Position numbers and translations under genes: made by a program
In this document: positions 29,337 to 38,671 of the stretch, in pieces
Position numbering within the stretch: position 1 is the first letter of the stretch
Layout: every line of letters begins with the position of its first letter
The notes under the pieces: generated by a model
The model's database searches: none
What the model was told of the DNA's origin: nothing
The model's input: only the letters and a program-made list of their open reading frames with translations
Assembly (NCBI GenBank): GCA_964356225.1
Contig: CAYHGA010000001.1
Span: 170,220 to 225,006, forward strand
DNA from: an uncultured Gammaproteobacteria bacterium
Lineage (GTDB): Bacteria > Patescibacteriota > Microgenomatia > CAZETR01 > Amesbacteraceae
Length of the DNA stretch: 54,787 nucleotides
Direction: 5' to 3'

Positions 29337-30169
29337 ATTTGGATCTGAAAGCCAACGAAATCAGGCAGGATATTATTAAGATGCTTTTGGAAGCGGGGAG
29401 CGGGCACAGCGCGGGACCACTGGGAATGGCAGATGTGTTTACGGCTTTGTATTTTGGAGGAGTTTTGAATTATGATGCGAAAGATCCATGGAAAGCAGAC
29501 CGGGACAGAGTGATTTTGAGTAACGGTCACATTTGTCCGGTGTGGTATGCGACGTTGGCGCATGCGGGATTTTTCCCCCACGAGGACCTTTTGACGTTAA
29601 GGAAATTGGGAAGCGGGTTGCAGGGACATCCGCATTACCGGGAGCTGCCGGGAGTGGAAAATACCGGGGGGCCATTGGGACAGGGATTGTCGCAGGCCAT
29701 TGGTCAAGCGCTGGCGGCGAGAATGGACAATAAAACTTACAGAACTTATTGTTTGATGAGTGACGGAGAGCTGGATGAGGGACAGTCTTGGGAGGCCATG
29801 ATGTTTGCCGGGAAAAACAACTTGCATAATCTGACCGCGATTGTGGACAGGAATAATATTCAGATTGACGGATTTACGGAAGACGTAATGCCTTTGGAAA
29901 ACCTAGTAAATAAATGGACGGCGTTTAACTGGTCGGTGATCGAGACAAACGGGCATAACATAGCTGAAATAATCGCGGCCATCGAGAAAGCCAAAACGAT
30001 ATTTGAAAATCCGACAGTGATAATTGCCCACACCATTCCCGGTAAGGGGGTAGATTTTATGCAAGGAAAATTTGAATGGCACGGTAAACCACCGACGGCG
30101 GAAGAGGCAAAAATCGCGTTACATGAATTGAGGACTTTAGGCGGTAAGATAAGGAGTGAGCATGAGTGA
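29333..30169 (+). CDS. Transketolase, N-terminal subunit
   Basis: GSGH; DRVILSNGH; LQGHP; GPLGQG; DGELDEG...N TPP-binding motif. Confidence 0.95.
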   Translation: MNLDLKANEIRQDIIKMLLEAGSGHSAGPLGMADVFTALYFGGVLNYDAKDPWKADRDRVILSNGHICPVWYATLAHAGFFPHEDLLTLRKLGSGLQGHPHYRELPGVENTGGPLGQGLSQAIGQALAARMDNKTYRTYCLMSDGELDEGQSWEAMMFAGKNNLHNLTAIVDRNNIQIDGFTEDVMPLENLVNKWTAFNWSVIETNGHNIAEIIAAIEKAKTIFENPTVIIAHTIPGKGVDFMQGKFEWHGKPPTAEEAKIALHELRTLGGKIRSEHE

Positions 30170-31133
30170 TGTGGTGATGAAAGCAACTAGAGATGGATAT
30201 GGGGAGGGGCTGGTGGAGTTGGGGGAGACGAATAAAGGTGTGGTGGTCTTAACGGGGGATTTGAAAGAAAGCACCAGGGTGGAAGAATTTGCCAAAAAAT
30301 GGCCGGAGAGATTTATTGAATGCGGGGTGGCAGAACAAAACATGATGGGAATTGCGGCGGGGCTGGCGGCGGCGGGCAAGATCCCGTTTATTTCTTCATA
30401 TGCGGTGTTTTCACCGGGAAGAAGTTGGGATCAGGCCAGAGTTTCTGTTTGCTACTCAAACCTGAACGTAAAAATTGCCGGGGCGCACACCGGGGTATCG
30501 GTGGGACCGGATGGGGCCACGCACCAGGCCTTGGAGGACATCGCAATTACCAGAGTTCTCCCGAATATGACAGTGATTGTGCCGTGCGATGTAAACCAGG
30601 CAAAAAAGGCAACGCAGGCAGTGGCAAGCATGCCGGGACCAAGTTATCTACGATTAACACGAGAAGCGACGCCGGTGATTACGGATAGAGAGGCGAGATT
30701 CGAGATAGGGAAAGCGGAGGTAGTGTGGAGCGCACAAGGAGAGACCTTGTGCGCGGCGATTGTGGCCTGCGGGCCACTTCTGTATCAATCGCTGGTGGCG
30801 GCGCGGGAGCTGGAGAGTGAGGGAGTGGGAGTAAGAGTAATAAATAACCACACCATTAAGCCGATGGATGTAGCGACGGTTTTGAAAGCGGCTAGAGACT
30901 GCGGGGCGATAGTGACAGTGGAAGAGCATCAGGTGATGGCGGGAATGGGATCGGCGGTAGCAGAAGTGCTGGCGGCTAATTATCCGGTGCCGATGGAGTT
31001 TGTCGGGATGCCGGATAGATTTGGGGAGTCTGGTCAACCGGAAGAGCTACTGGAAAAATATGGGATGAGTGTGGTTAAAATAAAAGAAGCTGTTAAAGAT
31101 GTTATATTAAGGAAGAAGCCCGCCCGATTATGA
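30162..31133 (+). CDS. Transketolase, C-terminal subunit
   Basis: GVAEQNM; GPDGATHQALED; VTVEEH. Confidence 0.95.
   Translation: MSDVVMKATRDGYGEGLVELGETNKGVVVLTGDLKESTRVEEFAKKWPERFIECGVAEQNMMGIAAGLAAAGKIPFISSYAVFSPGRSWDQARVSVCYSNLNVKIAGAHTGVSVGPDGATHQALEDIAITRVLPNMTVIVPCDVNQAKKATQAVASMPGPSYLRLTREATPVITDREARFEIGKAEVVWSAQGETLCAAIVACGPLLYQSLVAARELESEGVGVRVINNHTIKPMDVATVLKAARDCGAIVTVEEHQVMAGMGSAVAEVLAANYPVPMEFVGMPDRFGESGQPEELLEKYGMSVVKIKEAVKDVILRKKPARL
30730..30754. repeat. Palindromic element family A, copy 2, inside transketolase
   Basis: GCGCACAAGG-AGAGA-CCTTGTGCGC, 10-bp perfect stem. Confidence 0.85.
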
Positions 31134-32206
31134 AACGAGTAGGAATTGTGTTGCTGTTTTTGGCTTTGTTTCCGTTTGTTTCTTTTTCTGTTCTGGCGCA
31201 GGAAGGGGATGGAGGAATTGGAACAAAAGAACAGCAAGACTTGTCGGGCATAACTTTTCTTTTGGATATTGAATATATCAAACGGGATGGCCGGAGCTAC
31301 CGACTAGATATTTGCCAGCCCAAGAAGTTGACCTCGAAAGTACCCGCAATGATTCTCACTCATGGAGGAGGGTTTGGCAGGGGGAGCAAAAAAGATCTGC
31401 GGGATGAGTGCGAAGCGTTGGCGAACATCGGGTATGTTGGGGTGGCGGTTGACTACCGCCTGACGGACGTCGCCCCATATCCGGCGCAAATTGACGATGT
31501 TCAGTACGCTGTTCGGTGGATTCGGGCAAACGCCGATAAATATTCTATTGATCCAACCAAACTCGGTTCTCTAGGAGGTTCAGCCGGAGGATATTTGGCA
31601 ACAATGCTTGGGGTGAGAGACACACGTGATGCTGTGGGAGGACTTTCGGAGTTTTCAAGCCAAGTGCAGGTTGTAATTGACCGATCGGGGGTGCCCATGG
31701 ATGCGACTGACGCTTCTACGTTACCCGACCCCAATGGTCCGTTTAAAAATGCTCTTAGCGAGATTACAACGACGTACTTAAAGGGGTACACGCAGACTGC
31801 GGAACTAACACGGGAGATTTCTGCAGTGACGTATGTGACTGGGAAGAGCGCGCCGCTTCTTGCGGTCCATAGTGTCAATGATCAGCTGGCTCCGATTGCT
31901 AACGCCTACGCAATTGTCAATGCCCTGAAGGCCCAAGGTGTGGAAGCACGAGTAGAATCTTTTCAGGGTATAGGTAGTGCGCATGGGAGATCGCGACTGC
32001 CTGCTTCTGAGCAAAGCCGGTTGTGGAATATAGAGACTCAATTTCTGCGGGCATATTTGCCTCTATCTTCCGCTTCCGGAGCACCCGCGCCGGCCAAAGT
32101 TTCCTCGGGCGTTTCGCTACCAAAAGGAAGATCGCTGCTTGTCGTTAAGGGAGTGCTTGTTGTGGCGTTTGTGGGCATGGTTGTCCTTCTGATGAGGAGA
32201 AAGTGA
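31130..32206 (+). CDS. Exported alpha/beta hydrolase (HSL-like esterase) with C-terminal membrane anchor
   Basis: HGGGF; DYRL; GGSAGG nucleophile elbow; signal peptide; C-terminal TM plus RRK. Confidence 0.88.
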   Translation: MKRVGIVLLFLALFPFVSFSVLAQEGDGGIGTKEQQDLSGITFLLDIEYIKRDGRSYRLDICQPKKLTSKVPAMILTHGGGFGRGSKKDLRDECEALANIGYVGVAVDYRLTDVAPYPAQIDDVQYAVRWIRANADKYSIDPTKLGSLGGSAGGYLATMLGVRDTRDAVGGLSEFSSQVQVVIDRSGVPMDATDASTLPDPNGPFKNALSEITTTYLKGYTQTAELTREISAVTYVTGKSAPLLAVHSVNDQLAPIANAYAIVNALKAQGVEARVESFQGIGSAHGRSRLPASEQSRLWNIETQFLRAYLPLSSASGAPAPAKVSSGVSLPKGRSLLVVKGVLVVAFVGMVVLLMRRK

Positions 32207-32287
32207 TTTCTTCATTGGAGTTGAACATGGAGTTGAACACAAGGGGGAACTGATGTTAAATGTAATATATGAAGGGCGGTGATTTAG

Positions 32288-32530
32288 ATGGCGGTTAAAA
32301 AAACAACAAAAATAATGTCTGGAAAGCAATGTGATATTTGTGGATGTTCATGCAGCGGCAAGTGGGCGACAGCCGGATGGGGACTATTATTAGTCGGAGG
32401 CCTGGCTCACATGTTGCCTACTCAAATGGCTCCGCTTTTGGGATGGAGCTTGTATGGAGTGAGCGTACAAATGGCAGTAGGGGTACTGTCAGTAGTCCTA
32501 GCATTGTATTTTTTATTGGGGAATGAATAA
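32288..32530 (+). CDS. Small membrane protein
   Basis: Cys cluster followed by two TM segments. Confidence 0.7.
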   Translation: MAVKKTTKIMSGKQCDICGCSCSGKWATAGWGLLLVGGLAHMLPTQMAPLLGWSLYGVSVQMAVGVLSVVLALYFLLGNE

Positions 32531-32614
32531 ATAACTCACCCTCTTTCGCCTTCCCCCTCTCTTAAAGAAATCAGCCTTACGGCTCAAGAGAGGGGGATCG
32601 AGGAGGTGAGTTAT
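32531..32614. repeat. Palindromic element family C, full intergenic copy
   Basis: Terminal IR ATAACTCACC/GGTGAGTTAT; inner stem TCCCCCTCTCTT/AAGAGAGGGGGA; apical AGCC/GGCT. Confidence 0.85.
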
Positions 32615-32623
32615 AATGAATTT

Positions 32624-33373
32624 ATGATGGACGTAAGTAAAATTTCCAGAGATGGGAAAATAATGTTGCTGGCGTATGACCAGGGGATGGAGCATGGGCC
32701 GACGGATTTTAACGATGAAAATGTGGATCCGGAATATATTTGCAAGATAGCCCGCGAAGCAAAGGTATTTACAGGGATAGTATTTGGAGCAGGAATTGCC
32801 GAAAAATATTACACGCCAGATTTACCGCCGTTGATTTTGAAATTAAACGGCAAGACGGGGTTTCATAAAGGGGAAGAACCGGTGAGTTTGCAATTGACTA
32901 CGGTGGCCCGGGCGGTGGAGTTGGGGGCGGCCGCGGTAGGATATACGATGTATGTGGGGAGTGAGCATGAAGAAGAGATGATGAAGGAGCTAGCGCAGAT
33001 TGCGGGAGAAGCGCACGCCAAAAATTTACCAGTGGTGGCTTGGATGTATCCGCGGGGAAAACATGTGGAAGGAAAAGAAACGAATAAAGATGTGGTGGCG
33101 TATGGAGCCAGAATTGGATTGGAATTGGGAGCGGATGTTGTAAAGTTGCCGTATACAGGAACAGTTGAGAGTTTTGAGTGGGTAGTTAAGAGTGCCGGGA
33201 AAACCGGAGTGTTGGCCCAGGGCGGAGCTAAAAAAGAAGAAGCGGAATTTCTTAAAGAAGCGGCGGAAATTATGCAGGCGGGAGCAATGGGAATGGCAGT
33301 GGGGAGAAATATTTGGCAAGATAAAAATCCAATAGAGTTGTCTAAAAAATTAGCTCATATAATTTTTATATGA
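32624..33373 (+). CDS. Fructose-bisphosphate aldolase class I (DhnA/FbaB type)
   Basis: LAYDQGMEHGP; WMYPRG; ELGADVVK; GRNIWQ; ATG start chosen 6 nt after TATAAT. Confidence 0.92.
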   Translation: MMDVSKISRDGKIMLLAYDQGMEHGPTDFNDENVDPEYICKIAREAKVFTGIVFGAGIAEKYYTPDLPPLILKLNGKTGFHKGEEPVSLQLTTVARAVELGAAAVGYTMYVGSEHEEEMMKELAQIAGEAHAKNLPVVAWMYPRGKHVEGKETNKDVVAYGARIGLELGADVVKLPYTGTVESFEWVVKSAGKTGVLAQGGAKKEEAEFLKEAAEIMQAGAMGMAVGRNIWQDKNPIELSKKLAHIIFI

Positions 33374-34350
33374 AATACGACATGTTAAGTTTGGGCCCAG
33401 CGCGGATGGACGTGTTTGTGAAACTCCCCGATGTGGATGTGGAGGAGGTTTGCAGTATTGACCGAAAAAGATGTGTGATTGAATTGGGGTTTGGAGAAAA
33501 AATCGGGGTGAGGGGAATAGAATTTGCTATCGGAGGGAATACCGGGAATAATGCAGTAGGGTTGACGAGATTGGGATATAAAGCAGCTATGGTGGGGAGT
33601 ATGGGAGATAGCTGGACAGATGAGCGGGCGATTGCCGTGTTGCAAAAAGAGGGGGTAGATACGCAGTTTATAAAGATTGTGCCCGGGAAAAGCGGATTTG
33701 GAGTGATTATAAATTATCAGGAAGAACGAACTATTTTGTCTTATTATCCGGTGGCAGCGGATGGATTCAGAGTAGGGGAGGATGTGAAATCTGATTGGAT
33801 GTATCTGACGACGGCGGGAGAGGATTTTGAGGGATTTTATAAAGAAGCGGTGGATTGGGCAGTAAATCGCGGAACAAAAATCGCGTTTAATCCCGGATCC
33901 AGGCAGATAAAAATGGGAGTGGAAAAGTTGAGTTTCGCTTATAAAAATACTCAGGTGTTGTTTGTGAACCGTGAAGAAGCGGCTAAACTTTTAGGATTAG
34001 AAGTGACTGATATCAAGGCGCTGCTTGCGGGGTTGCAAAAATCCGGGCCGAAGGTGGTGGTAATTACGGATGGGCCGGCAGGAACATATGCTTTTGATGG
34101 CGGTAAATTTTGGCATATGCCGATTATGGAAGCGCCTGTCATAGAGCGGACTGGGGCGGGAGATGCGTTTGGATCAGGATTTTTGGCGGCGTATATGCAG
34201 GGCAAATCTCTGGAAGAATGTTTGAAATGGGGAACGGTTAATTCGGCGTCGGTTCTGGGCTTCATCGGCCCGCAAGCAGGATTGTTGACCGCCGATAAAA
34301 TGCAGGAATGGCTGGTGAAAGCGGAGAATGTTAAAGTAGAAGAGCTGTGA
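33370..34350 (+). CDS. PfkB-family carbohydrate kinase
   Basis: GGNTGN; NREEA; RTGAGDAF. Confidence 0.92.
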   Translation: MKYDMLSLGPARMDVFVKLPDVDVEEVCSIDRKRCVIELGFGEKIGVRGIEFAIGGNTGNNAVGLTRLGYKAAMVGSMGDSWTDERAIAVLQKEGVDTQFIKIVPGKSGFGVIINYQEERTILSYYPVAADGFRVGEDVKSDWMYLTTAGEDFEGFYKEAVDWAVNRGTKIAFNPGSRQIKMGVEKLSFAYKNTQVLFVNREEAAKLLGLEVTDIKALLAGLQKSGPKVVVITDGPAGTYAFDGGKFWHMPIMEAPVIERTGAGDAFGSGFLAAYMQGKSLEECLKWGTVNSASVLGFIGPQAGLLTADKMQEWLVKAENVKVEEL

Positions 34351-35267
34351 AGATTTTTGTGACCAGAAAGATTCCCTTTTGGGAGGAGATTAAGAAGCCA
34401 TTGATAGAAGCGGGGTATGAACTGACGATGGAGGGGGATTTAAAACAGGAGCTGGAGAAGGGATATGACGGATTGCTGTGTTTGCTGACGGATAAGATTG
34501 ACGAAGAAGTGCTGGCGGCAGACAAAAATAAGAGGTTAAAAATAATTGCAAACTATGCGGTGGGTTTTGACAATGTGGACGTGGAAGCGGCCAAGGCCAG
34601 AAATATTATGGTGACAAATACGCCGTGCGATGAGGTGAATGAGAGTGTGGCGGAATTTACGTGGACATTGATGCTGGCCCTATCCAACCAACTGCTGCCG
34701 GCGGCTGATTTTGCTAAAAACGCCGCATATAAAGGTTGGCAGCCGGACGTATTTTTGGGTCAATTGTTGAAAGGGAAAACCCTGGGGGTAATCGGGGCCG
34801 GACGTATTGGCAGTCTGGTAGCCTCGAAAGGCGTGGCCTTTCAAATGAAGGTGCTGGAATTCAGCCGGAGTTTAGGATTGAAACTGGAAGATGTACTGGG
34901 ACAGGCGGATTATGTGAGCCTGCATGTGCCACTCACTTCCGAAACGACGCATATGCTAAATGAACAAACTTTGAACCAAATGAAACAGGGGGCGTATTTG
35001 ATAAATACGGCCCGGGGAAAGATTGTGGATGAGGTGGCGCTGGTGTACGCCTTGAGAACCGGAAAAATCGCGGGAGCGGCGCTGGATGTGTGGGAGAATG
35101 AACCGGATCCCAGACCGGAACTCTTAGATATGGAAAATGTGATTTTGACTCCGCACATCGCGTCGGCCACATTTGAGGCCAGACGGGCGATGGGGGAAGC
35201 GGCGGTAAAAAATTTGATTGAAGGTTTGGCTGGGAGGGTTCCGCCGAACCTAGTTAAGAGTTCATAG
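34347..35267 (+). CDS. D-2-hydroxyacid dehydrogenase (glycerate/glyoxylate reductase type)
   Basis: GFDNVD; GAGRIG; INTARG; LDVWENEP; PHIAS. Confidence 0.93.
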   Translation: MKIFVTRKIPFWEEIKKPLIEAGYELTMEGDLKQELEKGYDGLLCLLTDKIDEEVLAADKNKRLKIIANYAVGFDNVDVEAAKARNIMVTNTPCDEVNESVAEFTWTLMLALSNQLLPAADFAKNAAYKGWQPDVFLGQLLKGKTLGVIGAGRIGSLVASKGVAFQMKVLEFSRSLGLKLEDVLGQADYVSLHVPLTSETTHMLNEQTLNQMKQGAYLINTARGKIVDEVALVYALRTGKIAGAALDVWENEPDPRPELLDMENVILTPHIASATFEARRAMGEAAVKNLIEGLAGRVPPNLVKSS

Positions 35268-35293
35268 TTCATGGTTCATAGTAGAATAGAACG

Positions 35294-36211
35294 ATGGCCG
35301 AATTGGTAAGACAGGTGAATTTGAAGAGAATGCCGGTGAATAGAAAATTGATCGGATGGGTGTTTGTGGTGACGGGGGTGGTGAGCGGGTGGTTGTGGTG
35401 GGGGGAACAGAAACCAAAACTACCAGCTTTGAAAATAAGCTATCTGATAGAAAATAAAGAAGGGGCGGGAGAGAGGGATGCGTCCCGGGAAACTAACCGG
35501 CTGGTGAATCAAGTCCAGGATAAGCTGAAGTCGGCACAAGGCAGTTGGGCAGTGGCAGTGTATAGATTGGACGAGAAAAAAGGTTACGGAATAAGAGAGG
35601 ATGCGGTGTTGCCGGCCGCGTCGATTATGAAAGTGCCGATTTTGCTGGCTGCGGTAAAAAAGCTGAATCCGGATGATGTATATGTGTTGCGGGGTGAAGA
35701 CAAGCAAAGCGGGTCCGGGCCGGTTGAGTTTATGGATGCGGGGACTAAGTTGTCGGTGCAGGATTTGTTGACGTATATGGCCAAAAATTCTGACAATACT
35801 GCCGCTTATGTGCTGGCAAATATGGTGGGGAGGGATTTTATTAAACAGCTGATGCGGGATATGGGAATGATTGACAGTTCTTTTGATGACAATATTACTA
35901 CCGTGGGTGATGTGGAGATGATGTGGCGGAAAATTTATGAGGAAAAAAATCAGCAGGTGCTGGATTTATTGCAGGACAGTATTTATGAGGACAGAGTTCC
36001 GCTAGGGTTACCGGACGGGGTGAATTTTGTACACAAAGTGGGGACGGATTTGGATATTTGGTCAGATGCGGGTATCGTGATGGCCGAAAAACCGTTTGTG
36101 CTGGTAATTATGAATGAAAAAGTGGACGTGGATGAGGCCAAAAAATTGGTGCCGGAGCTAGCTAAACTTATCTGGGACTATGAAGCAGGAAGAACCGCAA
36201 AGCCACAATAA
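35294..36211 (+). CDS. Class A beta-lactamase-like serine hydrolase, membrane-anchored
   Basis: SIMK (SxxK); SDN; HKVG. Confidence 0.85.
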   Translation: MAELVRQVNLKRMPVNRKLIGWVFVVTGVVSGWLWWGEQKPKLPALKISYLIENKEGAGERDASRETNRLVNQVQDKLKSAQGSWAVAVYRLDEKKGYGIREDAVLPAASIMKVPILLAAVKKLNPDDVYVLRGEDKQSGSGPVEFMDAGTKLSVQDLLTYMAKNSDNTAAYVLANMVGRDFIKQLMRDMGMIDSSFDDNITTVGDVEMMWRKIYEEKNQQVLDLLQDSIYEDRVPLGLPDGVNFVHKVGTDLDIWSDAGIVMAEKPFVLVIMNEKVDVDEAKKLVPELAKLIWDYEAGRTAKPQ

Positions 36212-36270
36212 TGGCTACAGCCGCGGAGAGGGTGGCGATTAGGACGAGAGTGTTGCGATAGTTGTTCATT

Positions 36271-38556
36271 TCAGGGAGTAGAGGCTCCTTGAAGAATCTT
36301 ATCACGCTCTTCCTGATCTTTTTTGGCTTTGTCCCCAAGAAGTTTATCGATAGCTTCCTTGGTGCAGGCAGATTTAGGCTCGGTACCGGGGATAAAATAT
36401 TCACTACGTACGGGACAACCTTCGCATGCCAGTTGACCGGTAATGGTGCAGACGTTGACCTGGACCAGGTTGGCAGGAGGAGTGAACCCGGTTGAGGGAG
36501 TGGTTTTGAGGATATCGTTTATGATACGACGCCAAATAGGGGAGGCACCAGTGACACCGGAGGCGACGTAACTCATGGGGGAGTTGTCGTTGTTACCGAC
36601 CCAGACGGCAACCAGACGATCCGGTGTATAGCCAATGGTCCAGTTATCCCGGAGATTATTAGTGGTACCGGTTTTGACGGCGACATTGGGAACATTCAGG
36701 TCGGAATTGGGGCCGAAGGCAGGGGTGCGGGCAGTATTGTCGGAAAGAATGTTGGAAATTAAGTAGGCCACCCGGGGATCGAGGACGGGTTCGGAATCAC
36801 AGTTGGTAATTTCGGTGGCCTCGGCTGCACGGATTCCAGATTGATATTTACATCTAAATTCCTCGAGGAGTTTACCGGTGGAATCGCGGACAGAAAGAAT
36901 CGGGTGAAGAGCTGTTTTTGAACCGGAGTTGGCGAGGACCCCGTAGGCGGTAGCCATATCCAGCATGGTGACTTCTCCTCCTCCAAGGGTTAAAGACAGT
37001 CCATAACGGGTGGGATCTGTCCAAGAAGAAATGCCTAAGCGGTGGGCAAAATCTAGAAAATTGGATACACCATTGGCGGCCAGGATTTTAACGGCGGGAA
37101 TGTTATAAGAGGAACCCAGAGCCGTGCGCAGAGTGACTTTGCCATGGAAGCGCCCATCGTAGTTGACGGGGGAGTAGCTGGGTTGCCCCGGGGTTTTATA
37201 AGTGATGGGAGAGTCGTCGATAACTGAAGCTGGAGTAAAACCGCGAATGAGAGCCAGGGCGTAGTTGAGGGGTTTGATGGACGACCCAGGCTGGCGGAGG
37301 GCGGTGGACACGTTGAAATTGCCGTCGTGGGCGATGTCGAAATAATCTTTGGAGCCGACCATGGCCAGAATTTCCCCGGTTTGAGGTTGGGTGACAACGG
37401 CGGCCCCGTTGCCGATATGTAAATAGGCGACTTTGGCCACTTCTTCGGAGACGGCCTTTTGAGATGTTTGTTGGATAGAGAGGTCTAAAGAAGTAATGAC
37501 TTCCAATCCGCCCTGCTCAACGACAGCGGGGCCGTATTTTTTGCTTAGATAATCGCGGACATACATGACGAAATGGGGGGCTTTAATGTCGATGGTTTGG
37601 GGTGAGAAACGCAGTTCTTCACTAGAAGCGGCGTCGGCTTGTTCCCAAGTGATAAAACCTTCGGAGACCATGCGGCGGAGGACTTCTTTTTGGCGGGATT
37701 TGGCCAATTCGGGGTGAGCTCCGTACGGGGAATAAGTAGTGGGAGAAGCAGGTAAACCGGCCAGTAACGCCGATTCGGCTAAAGTGAGCTTAGAGGCGGG
37801 TTTGGCGAAATAAGTTTGAGCTGCCTCTTCTACCCCATAAGCGGCGCCGCCGAAACTGACGCGATTTAAATACATTTCCAAAATTTGATCTTTGGGGTAG
37901 CGCATTTCGACTAAGACAGAGAGAACCAACTCGCGGATTTTGCGGCGCAGAGTGCGTTCGGGGGAAAGGAGGGCGGTTTTAACCAACTGCTGGGTAATGG
38001 TTGATCCACCTTCCAACTGCTGGTTGGTGAGGGTGCGCCAGGAGGCGCGGGCGATACCGCGGAGGGAAAAACCAGAGTGCTGGTAAAATTCAGCGTCTTC
38101 GATGGCGATGATGGCCTGGCGGAGATTGAGGGGTATATCCGATAATTTAACCAGAGTGCGGTTTTGGGAAGCATAGATTTTGTAAAGTTCTACTCCATGC
38201 CGGTCGCGGATATGGGTGGTTAAAGGAAAAGGTTTGGTGGTGAGCGATGAAGGAGCAGGCAGGTCTTTAAATACATAAAAATAAATACCAACGATGCAAA
38301 TACTACCAATAAGTACCAATGCCAATAATTTCAAATCAAATCTAAACTTGGGAAATTTTAAATTTTTAAATAGCTGAATTAGAAAGAAAATTTCTTTGAG
38401 GAAATTTTTAAGATAGGGAGTTTTGGCGTGATAAATGACAACTTCTTTCCGAATCTTTTTCCTCATACCCCCCTTTTTAACTTGAGAGAATCTGGAGAAC
38501 AGAAAATACAACAGGAGGTATAAGGGACGGCCTAAGGAAACAAAAAACTTACGCAT
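36271..38556 (-). CDS. Class A penicillin-binding protein (PBP1A family)
   Basis: IEDAEFYQH; GGSTITQQL; RKIRE; RQPGSSIKP; SYN; KTGT. Confidence 0.95.
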   Translation of the reverse strand: MRKFFVSLGRPLYLLLYFLFSRFSQVKKGGMRKKIRKEVVIYHAKTPYLKNFLKEIFFLIQLFKNLKFPKFRFDLKLLALVLIGSICIVGIYFYVFKDLPAPSSLTTKPFPLTTHIRDRHGVELYKIYASQNRTLVKLSDIPLNLRQAIIAIEDAEFYQHSGFSLRGIARASWRTLTNQQLEGGSTITQQLVKTALLSPERTLRRKIRELVLSVLVEMRYPKDQILEMYLNRVSFGGAAYGVEEAAQTYFAKPASKLTLAESALLAGLPASPTTYSPYGAHPELAKSRQKEVLRRMVSEGFITWEQADAASSEELRFSPQTIDIKAPHFVMYVRDYLSKKYGPAVVEQGGLEVITSLDLSIQQTSQKAVSEEVAKVAYLHIGNGAAVVTQPQTGEILAMVGSKDYFDIAHDGNFNVSTALRQPGSSIKPLNYALALIRGFTPASVIDDSPITYKTPGQPSYSPVNYDGRFHGKVTLRTALGSSYNIPAVKILAANGVSNFLDFAHRLGISSWTDPTRYGLSLTLGGGEVTMLDMATAYGVLANSGSKTALHPILSVRDSTGKLLEEFRCKYQSGIRAAEATEITNCDSEPVLDPRVAYLISNILSDNTARTPAFGPNSDLNVPNVAVKTGTTNNLRDNWTIGYTPDRLVAVWVGNNDNSPMSYVASGVTGASPIWRRIINDILKTTPSTGFTPPANLVQVNVCTITGQLACEGCPVRSEYFIPGTEPKSACTKEAIDKLLGDKAKKDQEERDKILQGASTP

Positions 38557-38671
38557 GGGTGCGGGCGGGAGTGGCCAATTATATATCTAAATCAGTCTTG
38601 TGACTACAGGGTAATTAGGAGATATTTATTTATTTTAACGGTCGTGTGAATGTGGTAAAAAGGGTTTGGAG

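Noticed and set aside
35294-36211. Antibiotic-resistance beta-lactamase
   Set aside because: It is membrane-anchored, lies beside PBPs and has no clear omega-loop ExxLN motif, so a cell-wall serine hydrolase is more likely.
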